This document shows positions 32,227-41,090 of a stretch of 64,000 nucleotides of DNA, in pieces. Position 1 is the stretch's first letter; each line of letters starts with the position of its first letter. The stretch lies in the NCBI GenBank assembly GCA_030746775.1, contig JASLLZ010000008.1:1062-65061 (forward strand), in the 5' to 3' direction. The DNA is from Rhodospirillales bacterium (GTDB lineage Bacteria > Pseudomonadota > Alphaproteobacteria > Rhodospirillales > JASLLZ01). A program made the translations under genes and the position numbers. The notes under the pieces are model-generated. The model saw nothing but the letters and a program-made list of their open reading frames with translations, did not search any database and had not been told where the DNA came from.

Positions 32227-33324
32227 ATGACCAGGGAACTCAGCGTCGTCATCCCGACATTCAACGAACGAGACAACGTCGAAGCCCTGATCGACCGGCT
32301 GGCCACGGTTCTGGACGGCCTCTCTTGGGAGGTCGTCTTCGTCGATGACGATTCGCCGGACGGTACGGCCGACGCCGTCGCCGCCATCGCCACGCGGGAC
32401 GATCGCGTGCGCTGTATCCGGCGCATCGGCCGGCGCGGGCTGTCGGCCGCCTGCATAGAGGGCATTCTGTCCGTCTCCGCCCCCTACGTCGCGGTAATGG
32501 ACGCCGACCTCCAGCACGACGAGGCGCTATTGCCACGCATGTTGGAGGCGCTGAAACCGGGCGCCGTCGACATCGCCATCGGCAGCCGCTATGCCAAGGG
32601 CGGCGGCGTCGGCGACTGGGCGTCGGACAGGGCGGCGATCAGCCGCTTTGCCACGCGCCTTGGCCGAATGGTGATCAAGGCCGATCTCGAAGACCCCATG
32701 AGCGGTTTCTTCATGGTCGAGCGGCACGCCTTTCTGCAAAGCGTGCGGCATATGTCGGGTACCGGTTTCAAGATTCTGCTCGACCTATTTGCCTCGTCGC
32801 CGCGCCCGCTGCGTTTCGTCGAACTTCCCTACACCTTCCGCCGGCGCCACGCCGGCGAAAGCAAGCTCGATACCATGGTCGCCTGGGAATACCTGATGTT
32901 ATTGGGCGAAAAGCTGTTCGGCGGATGGATTCCGGTCCGTTTCGTGCTCTTCGTCGGCGTCGGCGCCCTTGGTCTCGTCGTCCATCTGGCGGTGCTGGGC
33001 GGGCTGCTCAAGGGGCCGGGCCTTTCATTCCCGATCTCCCAGACGGCGGCCGTAATCATCGCCATGACCTTCAACTTCATCGTCAACAATGTCTTCACCT
33101 ATCACGACAAGCGGCTCAAGGGCCTCGGTTTCCTGCGCGGCCTCATCAGCTTCTACGCCGCCTGCAGCCTGGGCGCCCTGATCAACCTGGCCGTCGCCAT
33201 CTATTTGTTCGACGCCGGCTCGCCATGGTGGCTGGCGGGCGCCGCCGGCGCCGTGGTGGGGGCGGTGTGGAACTATGCCATCACAGCCACCTTCACCTGG
33301 AAATCGGAGCGGAAGGGGGAATAG
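32227..33324 (+). CDS. Family 2 glycosyltransferase (polyprenol-phosphate glycosyltransferase-like) fused to a GtrA-like membrane domain
   Basis: VVIPTFNERDN, VDDDSPDGT and DADLQHD GT-A motifs. The C-terminal four TM helices resemble GtrA. ATG at 32227. Confidence 0.85.
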   Translation: MTRELSVVIPTFNERDNVEALIDRLATVLDGLSWEVVFVDDDSPDGTADAVAAIATRDDRVRCIRRIGRRGLSAACIEGILSVSAPYVAVMDADLQHDEALLPRMLEALKPGAVDIAIGSRYAKGGGVGDWASDRAAISRFATRLGRMVIKADLEDPMSGFFMVERHAFLQSVRHMSGTGFKILLDLFASSPRPLRFVELPYTFRRRHAGESKLDTMVAWEYLMLLGEKLFGGWIPVRFVLFVGVGALGLVVHLAVLGGLLKGPGLSFPISQTAAVIIAMTFNFIVNNVFTYHDKRLKGLGFLRGLISFYAACSLGALINLAVAIYLFDAGSPWWLAGAAGAVVGAVWNYAITATFTWKSERKGE

Positions 33325-33344
33325 GGGATCTTGGAGGAGGGAAT

Positions 33345-33713
33345 ATGATCGCATCGTTGCGCATGGCCATCGCCGGTGTCCTTATGACGGTGTCGGCCTC
33401 GACCGCCGGCGAGGTGGAAATCGTCGCCGCCTCGGCACGCCAAGAGGCGGACGGCGTGTATCGCTTTTCGGTTGCGCTACGCCACGCCGACACCGGATGG
33501 GACCACTATGCCGACAAATGGGACATCGTGGCGCCCGATGGCACGGTGCTGGGCACCCGGGTACTCCTGCATCCCCACGTGCGCGAACAGCCCTTCACCC
33601 GCAGTCTGTCGGGCGTCCGCGTGCCAAAGGGCGTCAAAAGGGTCGCCATCCGCGCCCACGACAAGGTGCACGGCTACGCCAAGCGCAGCTTGGCGGTGGA
33701 CCTCAGTCCATAG
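33345..33713 (+). CDS. Small exported protein of unknown function, with conserved-looking His clusters
   Basis: 122 aa. Signal peptide MIASLRMAIAGVLMTVSASTAG. Six His in motifs RHADTGWDHYADKWD, LLHPHVREQPFTRS and AHDKVHGY. Starts 20 nt after the GT2 gene. Confidence 0.6.
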   Translation: MIASLRMAIAGVLMTVSASTAGEVEIVAASARQEADGVYRFSVALRHADTGWDHYADKWDIVAPDGTVLGTRVLLHPHVREQPFTRSLSGVRVPKGVKRVAIRAHDKVHGYAKRSLAVDLSP

Positions 33714-33999
33714 TGTTCTCTGGTTCCTCGCGATTGCGCTCGTGGTCGCCGCACCAGTCGGAATTGGCGGTTTCCATCCACACCGTGGTCAAGGCGCTGG
33801 CCTGCGGCGCGTAACGTCGGCAAAGCCCTTTGTTGGAACGCTTTCTGAGGCCGCCGGTATCGCGCGGGTTGGTGACGTCCAGGCGGGCGCTGGTCTGGGC
33901 GTAGCTCTGTTCCTTCTTGAATTTCCATGTCGGTTGCCAAAATCGGCAGTTACCGCAAGCTTCCCGATCGACCATGGCTTTGACCCCATCGTGAACCAT
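33703..33999 (-). CDS. Small four-Cys protein of unknown function
   Basis: 98 aa. CGNC...GLCRRY...DWCGDH. GC-rich third codon positions by eye. 41 nt downstream of the DUF547 gene on the same strand. The start could also be ATG 33975. Confidence 0.5.
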   Translation of the reverse strand: MVHDGVKAMVDREACGNCRFWQPTWKFKKEQSYAQTSARLDVTNPRDTGGLRKRSNKGLCRRYAPQASALTTVWMETANSDWCGDHERNREEPENTMD

Positions 34000-34040
34000 T
34001 GGCGATGATACCGGGTTAAGGTTGGTCTTGCGAGTCTGCC

Positions 34041-34913
34041 TCAGCGTGCACCGTTCAGGGACCAGTCGTAGGCGTAGCCGTCGATGCCGCCCGCGCGTTC
34101 CAGATCCGCGGCCAGGGCGGGCGCGGCGTAACGCCTCAGATGCGCGATGACGCTCCCGGCATCGCCACCAAAGTCTTCGGCATACCAGGCATAGATCTTG
34201 GAAACCGTAAGCAACCCGTTTTCAACATGGACGCCGCGCCGGTGGTTGACGTAGGCACGCGCCGCCGCGTCCAGCATGGCTTCGGTGTTGGCGGCGGTGA
34301 AGGCCTTGGCGGCCAGGTTGGGGCATCCCAGGGCGGCGCAGTTGACCCCATAGTGAATGCGCGGACCCCTCCAGATCGGACGCAGAATTCGGTGCTCGAT
34401 GTCATTCAGGCTGAGCGCCTCGCCCTCGACGGTGACCAGCTTGCGGCCCCACGGTCCCGACGAAAAGAAACCGGGAGAAATATCGATGTCGCGAATGGTG
34501 GCTACCGGATAGTGGTCGAGCACGACGCGCACCGTCAGGGCGTTGTAAAGATTGATCCAATAGGCCCGCTGCGCGGGCCGTCGATAACGCCCGATGGCGA
34601 CGTCGGAGAGCTCGGCGATATAGACGTCGAGGGTTTTCCGGTCGGGTCCGTTCATCCGGCCGTAAGCAAAACGGTTAATCCCATCGGACGCCGGACGCAG
34701 GTATTTCTTGAGCAAATCGTCCCAGGCGTCGTGCGCGATGGTGGCTGTCGAAGCGGGATCATGGGCCGTCCAGCGCGGCCACGGCTCCGATTTCGGCGCC
34801 AACAGGGATTCAAGCGGCGTAAAGCCGCCCAGCGCCAGGACGAGGCCCGCCGCAACAAGCAGGCGCACCACGCGCCCGACCTTGTTGAGAGCGGGCAAGA
34901 CGACTGAAATCAC
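34041..34913 (-). CDS. DUF547-domain protein with N-terminal membrane anchor or signal sequence
   Basis: YWINLYNALTV and HYGVNCAALGCPNL motifs are typical of DUF547 as I recall it. GTG start at 34913 overlaps the MFS stop (GTGA). Track ORF start 35291 is read-through. Confidence 0.75.
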   Translation of the reverse strand: MISVVLPALNKVGRVVRLLVAAGLVLALGGFTPLESLLAPKSEPWPRWTAHDPASTATIAHDAWDDLLKKYLRPASDGINRFAYGRMNGPDRKTLDVYIAELSDVAIGRYRRPAQRAYWINLYNALTVRVVLDHYPVATIRDIDISPGFFSSGPWGRKLVTVEGEALSLNDIEHRILRPIWRGPRIHYGVNCAALGCPNLAAKAFTAANTEAMLDAAARAYVNHRRGVHVENGLLTVSKIYAWYAEDFGGDAGSVIAHLRRYAAPALAADLERAGGIDGYAYDWSLNGAR

Positions 34914-36178
34914 GGCATGACGTCCTTTCCGACAATTTCCCGGGCGGAAGGGCGCGGTCGCGCGGCAAGAGGCAAGGTGAACAGGACCGCGGCGGCAACC
35001 ATCACGGCCGACACCCAAAGTGAAGCGCTCAGCCCCGCCATTTGAAAGACGAGACCCGAGAGCAGGGTTCCGCCGAGCCGCCCCATGGCGTTGGCCATGT
35101 AATAGAACCCGACGTTCAAGGCGACCTTGTCGACATCCGAATAGGCGACGATGAGATAGGAGTGCAGCGCCGAGTTGATGGCTAATACGACGGCGAAAAT
35201 AAACAGGCCCCCGATCAGCAGGCCGGCCGACGGCACCGTCGCCATGGTGGCGGCAAGGGCCGCCGGCACCAAGAAGAGGAATATCCCCCACAGCTTGGCG
35301 GCACGGGCGCCGCTCTCGGCGTTCTTCGTCCCCGACAAGACGCGGGGGACGGCGGCCTGAACGACGCCATAGCCGATGACCCAGGCGGCCATGAAGGCGC
35401 CGACCTCATCGAACGACCACCCGAGCCACGAATAGAGATAGATCGGCACACCGACGACGAACCACACGTCGCGGCTGGCGAACAAAAAGACGCGGGCCGC
35501 CGATAGCCAATTGATCTCGCGCGTCTTCGAGAACAGGTCCCTTCCTCTCACCCGCGCCTTGGCCTTGCCGAGATCGGCCCGCAGGGAAACGACGGCGCTG
35601 GCGAGGACCGCGACCAACACGCCCGCCATGCCCCACAGCGCCGACTGAAAACCGACCCAGGCGAGAAGGGCGCCGCCGAGAAAAAACCCGACCCCCTTGA
35701 GCGCGTTCTTCGAGCCCGTCAGCAGCGCCACCCAGCGAAACAAGAGACCGCAACCCGCTTCCCCGACCACCACTTTGAGGGCCGATTTGGCACTCATTTT
35801 GGTCAGGTCCTTGGCAATGCCCGAGAGGCCCTGGGCCACCATCACGTAGACGACCGACAGCGCAACGGCCCAATGGGGATCGACCGCGGACAGCATGAGC
35901 AACGCCAGCACCTGCAAGGCGATACCGGCAAACAGGGTCACGCGCAGACCGAAGCGTGCCCCGACCCAGCCGCCGAGGAAATTGGTGACGACGCCCATGA
36001 ATTCGTAAAGCCCGAACAGAAAGGCGAGGTCGAGAGGGGTATAGCCGAGTGAATGGAAATGCAGCAGGACCAGCATGCGCAACGCCCCGTCCGTCAAGGT
36101 GAAAGCCCAGTAGGCGGCGGTCACGATGGCGTAGCTGCGGACGTCGGCCATGGCGTTGGTGTCCTCTCTTGGCGGCAA
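34910..36178 (-). CDS. MFS transporter (possibly ArsJ-like subfamily)
   Basis: 12-TM MFS. The N-terminus YAIVTAAYWAFTLTDGALRMLVLLHFHSLGY matches my recollection of the ArsJ-type subfamily. The start is 36178 or ATG 36151 (MADVRSY). Confidence 0.8.
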   Translation of the reverse strand: MPPREDTNAMADVRSYAIVTAAYWAFTLTDGALRMLVLLHFHSLGYTPLDLAFLFGLYEFMGVVTNFLGGWVGARFGLRVTLFAGIALQVLALLMLSAVDPHWAVALSVVYVMVAQGLSGIAKDLTKMSAKSALKVVVGEAGCGLLFRWVALLTGSKNALKGVGFFLGGALLAWVGFQSALWGMAGVLVAVLASAVVSLRADLGKAKARVRGRDLFSKTREINWLSAARVFLFASRDVWFVVGVPIYLYSWLGWSFDEVGAFMAAWVIGYGVVQAAVPRVLSGTKNAESGARAAKLWGIFLFLVPAALAATMATVPSAGLLIGGLFIFAVVLAINSALHSYLIVAYSDVDKVALNVGFYYMANAMGRLGGTLLSGLVFQMAGLSASLWVSAVMVAAAVLFTLPLAARPRPSAREIVGKDVMP

Positions 36179-36356
36179 GCCCGGCCCCGCGGTTCATATA
36201 GCCCACTCGTTAACATACCAGGCACGGATTTTCACCAGGCGTCGTGCGTGGACGCACCACCCTGCCGCGTGAAGTGTTTGTCACCCCTTGATACCCCGGG
36301 CTAGGATGCCGCGCCGGGTCAAGTGCGGACCCGGGGCCAAATTCAAAGGAAACGCA

Positions 36357-38417
36357 ATGTATTACGTTGGGGTGGATACGGGAGGCACGTTCACCGATGT
36401 CGTCGCCTTCGATCCCGATAGCGGTGAAATCGTCACCTTGAAAGTGCCCTCGATCCCGAACGATCCTTCCCAGGCATTGCTCGATGGACTGCTTCAACTT
36501 GACCGGCGCCATGGCATCCAAACCCCCGAGATCACCCGCCTCATATTCGGCACCACCGTCGCCACCAACGCCATCATCGAATACAAGGGGGCACGGACGG
36601 CGCTGCTGGCCACCGACGGCAATCGCGACGCGCTGTTGATCCAGCGCCAGTGGCGGCCGAGGCTGTTCGATCTGTTTATGCAAAAGCCCAAGCCCTATGT
36701 CCCCCGGCGCCTGACCATCGGCGTGGCGGAACGGATCGGCGCCGACGGCTCGGTGGTGCGGGCGCTGACCGACGAGGAGGCGGAGAGCACGGCAACCGCC
36801 ATCGCGGACCTGGGCGTCGATTCGGTTGCCGTCTCGCTCTTGTTCTCGTTCCTCGATCCGAGCCATGAGCGGCGCCTGCGCGACGCCATCGAGAAAAGCG
36901 CCCCCGACACCTACGTTTCGCTGTCGTCCGATATCTGCCCCGAGTTCCGCGAGTACGAGCGCACCTGCACGGTCGTCACCAACGCCTATGTCATGCCCAG
37001 GATCGACCGCTTGATCAAGCGGCTGGAACAGCGCCTCGGCGATGCCGGATTCGCCAGTACGCTCCGCATCATGCAGTCCAACGGTGGCCTCATGAACGGC
37101 CAGCAGGCGCGTGCCCAGCCCGTCAAGACACTGCTGTCGGGGCCGGCCGGCGGTGTCGTCGGGGCGGCGGCTGTGGCCCGCGCCGCCGGCGTCGACGATG
37201 TCATCACCATGGACATGGGGGGGACCAGCCTCGACGTGGCAATGGTCCAAGGCGGGCAAGTGAAGCTTTCGCCGGACGGCAACCTGTCGGGGTTCCCGAT
37301 CAAGGTGCCGCAGGTCAACATCCACACCATCGGCGCCGGTGGCGGGTCGATCGCGCGCTACTATCGGGGCACGCTCAAAGTTGGGCCGGAAAGCGCCGGC
37401 GCCGACCCTGGTCCGGTCTGCTACGGCAAAGGAGGGACCGAGCCAACCAGCACCGATGCGGCGCTGGCACTGGGTTTCATCAACCCCGCATATTTTTTTG
37501 GCGGCGAGGTGACGCTCGACCTCGAAAGCGCCAAGGCGGCGATCGTGGACAAGATTGCCGCGCCGCTCGACCTCGACGCCGCCGAGGCGGCGATGGCCGT
37601 GGTCCAGGTCCAGGTCGCCAACATGGCCAACGGCATCCGCGCCGTATCGGTGGAAAAGGGGCTCGATCCGCGCGAGTTCGCCTTGCTGCCCTTCGGCGGT
37701 GCCGGATCGCTCTATGCGGGGCTGGTCGCCGAGGAGTTGGGTATGTCGACCATCCTGGTGCCCGTCCAGCCCAGCGTGCTCTCCGCCCTCGGCACCCTGA
37801 TGACCGACATCAAACACACCGAGGTGGTAACCCGATACCTGCCCGGCGATCAGGTGCGGGGAGCGATACTGAACGACATCTTCGAGGAATTGGAAGGCCG
37901 TTTGATGGTGACCTTCGCCGACGAAGGGATCGCCGCCGACAAGGTCACCCTGGAGCGTTCCTGCGACATCCGCTACCGGGGCCAGGGCTATGAGGTGAAC
38001 GTGGCGCTCGCCTCCGGCGACGGCGTGCTCAGCGATAGCGAGGCGAGGGCAGTGTTGGACCGTTTTCACGTCGAACACCGCAAGCAGTTCGGCCATTCGG
38101 ACGAGGACGAACCGGTGGAACTGTTGAACTACCGGATGGTCGGCATGGGCGAAGTGACGAAAGCAGAGTTACGTCGCTTGAACGATAACGGGACGGCGAA
38201 AAAGGCGGCCCCGAAGGGGGAGCGCAGGGCCTTCTTCGGCGACGCCGGCGGTTGGCGGGACTGTCCCGTCATTGAACGCGGCGACTTGGGGCCAGGCGGC
38301 ATCGTCGAAGGCCCGGCCTTGATCGAGGAATCGGGTGCCGTGATCGTCCTTTACCCGGGGCACCACGCGAAAGTGGACGCGATTGGCAACATCGGCGTCA
38401 ACGTGCCGGCAAGGTGA
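36357..38417 (+). CDS. Hydantoinase/oxoprolinase family protein, A (HyuA-type) subunit
   Basis: MYYVGVDTGGTFTDVVAF ASKHA-type N-terminus. 686 aa from ATG 36357. Confidence 0.88.
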   Translation: MYYVGVDTGGTFTDVVAFDPDSGEIVTLKVPSIPNDPSQALLDGLLQLDRRHGIQTPEITRLIFGTTVATNAIIEYKGARTALLATDGNRDALLIQRQWRPRLFDLFMQKPKPYVPRRLTIGVAERIGADGSVVRALTDEEAESTATAIADLGVDSVAVSLLFSFLDPSHERRLRDAIEKSAPDTYVSLSSDICPEFREYERTCTVVTNAYVMPRIDRLIKRLEQRLGDAGFASTLRIMQSNGGLMNGQQARAQPVKTLLSGPAGGVVGAAAVARAAGVDDVITMDMGGTSLDVAMVQGGQVKLSPDGNLSGFPIKVPQVNIHTIGAGGGSIARYYRGTLKVGPESAGADPGPVCYGKGGTEPTSTDAALALGFINPAYFFGGEVTLDLESAKAAIVDKIAAPLDLDAAEAAMAVVQVQVANMANGIRAVSVEKGLDPREFALLPFGGAGSLYAGLVAEELGMSTILVPVQPSVLSALGTLMTDIKHTEVVTRYLPGDQVRGAILNDIFEELEGRLMVTFADEGIAADKVTLERSCDIRYRGQGYEVNVALASGDGVLSDSEARAVLDRFHVEHRKQFGHSDEDEPVELLNYRMVGMGEVTKAELRRLNDNGTAKKAAPKGERRAFFGDAGGWRDCPVIERGDLGPGGIVEGPALIEESGAVIVLYPGHHAKVDAIGNIGVNVPAR

Positions 38418-38433
38418 GAAAAGGAATAACGCC

Positions 38434-40152
38434 ATGAAGAAGATCGACCCGGTCACCTTGGAAGTGGTCAGCAATCACCTCATATCCATCGTCCGCGAGA
38501 TGGCCACCGCTCTCATGCGGACGTCCTATTCGACCATCATCCGCGAGATGGGCGACTACACCACGGCGCTGTTCGGCGCCGAGGCCGAACTGATCGCCCA
38601 GGCCGAACACATCCCGTCTCACCAGGGAACCCTCAGCGAGGCGGCAAAGACCATCTTCCGCACGGTGAAGATGGAGCCCGAAGACGTGGTCATCTTCAAT
38701 CATCCTTACGAGGGCGGCACCCACCATCCCGATATCATGATTTTCAAGCCGGTCTTCGCCGACGGCGAATTCGTCGGCATGGCCGGCTCGCTGGGTCACC
38801 ACATCGACGTCGGCGGGCGCTCGCCGGGCAGCGCCTCGACGGACGCGCTCGACGTTTTCGAAGAAGGGCTGATGATCCCGGCCCTGAAGATCGTCAAGGC
38901 AGGCCAAGTCAACGAAGACATCTTCGACATGATCCGCGCCAACATTCGCGTTCCCCACAAGACTCTGGGCGATATTCGCGCTCAGATGGCGGCGGTGGCG
39001 CTTGGCGAGCGGCGCCTGTTGGAACTGTTCGCCAAATACGGCCGCCAGCGCCTGTCCGAGGTCGTCGCCGCGGTTATCGACAATTCAGAGCGCCTCATGC
39101 GCGAGGACTTGGGCGCCTACAAGGACGGAACCTACACGGCGGAAGGATTCATGGACGGCGACGGCATCTCGGACGATCCGGTCCGCATTGTCGTCACCGT
39201 GACCATCGACAACGGCAGCGTGACCGTCGACTACACGGGCTCGAGCCCGCAGGTAAAGGGGCCTTTCAACTGCGCCATTACCTCGACCCATGCCGCCACC
39301 TGGTGCGGCGTGCGCTACATGGTCAGCCCGTTGATCCCACAGAACGAGGGCTGCTATCGGCCGATCAAGGTGATCGCGCCCGAGGGCACCATCGTCCGGC
39401 CCACCCGCCCGGCGCCGCTCAGCGGGCGCTTTCATACCCTGGAGCGCATGACCAACACCATCGTCAAGGCGTTCAACCAGGCGCGCGGCGAGAACGCGGT
39501 CGGCGCCTGCCATTCCCACCTCAGCTCGTATGCGGTCTCGGGCACCCTTGCCGACGGAGAAGACGACCATTTCGTCTTCTTCGACCTTAACGGCGGAGGC
39601 TGGGGCGGCACCCCCGTCGGCGACGGGCTCGATGCAACCAAGGGCCTGATGAGCAACAGTCGCGATTGCCCCATCGAATCCCTGGAAATCGAGTATCCCC
39701 TGCGCATGGAGCGCTACGAACTGCTCACCGATTCCGCCGGAGCGGGGAAGCAGCGCGGCGGCGTGGGATTTTACCGCGTGCTGCGCTTTCTGCATGGCGA
39801 CGGTTATTTCACCAATCGTTCGGATGGCCAGAAATTCGCGCCCGAAGGTGTTCTCGGCGGTAATCAGGGCACGAAAGCGCGTCACAAACTGATCCGCGCC
39901 GACGGCACGGTCATCGACATGTCGTCCAAGGTCACCAACATGGACATCCACTCTGGCGACCTGATTCACTTCGAGACCGTCGGCGGCGGCGGCTATGGCA
40001 ACCCCGCCGACCGGGCGCCCGAGAAAGTGCTCGACGACGTTCTCGACGGACTGGTTTTGGCCGAACAGGCAAGGGACATTTACCGGGTCGCCGTCGATGT
40101 GGAAAAGGGCGTCATCGACGACGACGCCACCGCCGCCCTGCGGGCGGGCTAG
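38434..40152 (+). CDS. Hydantoinase B/oxoprolinase family protein (HyuB-type subunit)
   Basis: MKKIDPVTLEVVSNHLISIVREM N-terminus is typical of the family. 572 aa. Starts 16 nt after the A subunit gene. Confidence 0.88.
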   Translation: MKKIDPVTLEVVSNHLISIVREMATALMRTSYSTIIREMGDYTTALFGAEAELIAQAEHIPSHQGTLSEAAKTIFRTVKMEPEDVVIFNHPYEGGTHHPDIMIFKPVFADGEFVGMAGSLGHHIDVGGRSPGSASTDALDVFEEGLMIPALKIVKAGQVNEDIFDMIRANIRVPHKTLGDIRAQMAAVALGERRLLELFAKYGRQRLSEVVAAVIDNSERLMREDLGAYKDGTYTAEGFMDGDGISDDPVRIVVTVTIDNGSVTVDYTGSSPQVKGPFNCAITSTHAATWCGVRYMVSPLIPQNEGCYRPIKVIAPEGTIVRPTRPAPLSGRFHTLERMTNTIVKAFNQARGENAVGACHSHLSSYAVSGTLADGEDDHFVFFDLNGGGWGGTPVGDGLDATKGLMSNSRDCPIESLEIEYPLRMERYELLTDSAGAGKQRGGVGFYRVLRFLHGDGYFTNRSDGQKFAPEGVLGGNQGTKARHKLIRADGTVIDMSSKVTNMDIHSGDLIHFETVGGGGYGNPADRAPEKVLDDVLDGLVLAEQARDIYRVAVDVEKGVIDDDATAALRAG

Positions 40153-40184
40153 GCGAAGGGAAGGCGGCGTCGCGGCGGCGTGCC

Positions 40185-41063
40185 ATGAATCCGATTTCGG
40201 GAATGTCCCAGCGCCGGCGCGGCATCTTGTGGATGTTGCTTTCCTGCCTCTTGTTCGCCCACGTTAACGCCCTCGCCAAGCATCTCACTTTGGATTACCC
40301 CACCTTGCAGGTTCTTTGGGTGCGCTTCGCCTTCCAAGCCCTTATGTCGGCGCCGTTGATGGGCCGTGGTCTGTTTCTCTTCATGCGTTCAGAGGTCCTT
40401 GGCTTGCAGCTCTTGCGTTCATTCTACCTGACCGTCTGTACGGTGCTCTTCTTCTTCGGTCTTCAGTTGGTGCCGTTCGCCGACATCACGGCGATATTGT
40501 TTCTCGCCCCGATCCTGGTGACGGCGCTTTCGGCGCCGATGCTGGGCGAGACCGTCGGCGGGCGACGGTGGGCTGGTGTGGTCGCCGGTTTCGCGGGCGC
40601 GCTGATCATCGTTCGTCCGGGGACCGATATCTTTCAGCTGTCCACCGTCGTGCCCCTCGGGGCGGCGGCCTTTCTCGCCCTTTTTCAGATTTCCAGCCGC
40701 GTCGTCAGCCGCTCGGACCATGCCATGACGACCCTTACCTACACACCTCTTGTCGGGCTCGTCGTTACCAGCATCGTGGCCCCCTTCGTCTGGCAGACGC
40801 CGGACGCCGAGGGGTGGTTTTTCATGGTACTGCTGGGCATTTTCGGCAGCGGCGGTCAATACGCCTTGATCAAGGCCTTCGAGGCGACGGAGGCGTCGGC
40901 GGTGGCGCCGTTCTTTTATTCGCTCCTGATTTGGGCGACGTTGTTGGGTTTCGTCGTCTGGGACGAACTGCCTGATTGGTGGACGGCGTTGGGCGCCGCC
41001 GTGATGATCGCCAGCGGCCTCTATATCCTGCACCGCGAACAGGTACGCCGCGGCGATCGATGA
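40185..41063 (+). CDS. EamA/DMT-family transporter
   Basis: 292 aa, about 10 TM helices in two EamA repeats. Starts 32 nt after the hyuB-like gene. Confidence 0.85.
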   Translation: MNPISGMSQRRRGILWMLLSCLLFAHVNALAKHLTLDYPTLQVLWVRFAFQALMSAPLMGRGLFLFMRSEVLGLQLLRSFYLTVCTVLFFFGLQLVPFADITAILFLAPILVTALSAPMLGETVGGRRWAGVVAGFAGALIIVRPGTDIFQLSTVVPLGAAAFLALFQISSRVVSRSDHAMTTLTYTPLVGLVVTSIVAPFVWQTPDAEGWFFMVLLGIFGSGGQYALIKAFEATEASAVAPFFYSLLIWATLLGFVVWDELPDWWTALGAAVMIASGLYILHREQVRRGDR

Positions 41064-41090
41064 TTGCCTTCCCGGGGGGCCGAGCCTCGC

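Noticed and set aside
34910-36178. Calling the MFS gene arsJ and the locus an arsenic-resistance operon.
   Set aside because: I have only an N-terminal motif resemblance from memory. No gapdh, arsR, arsC, arsB/acr3 or arsH genes are in the neighbourhood.
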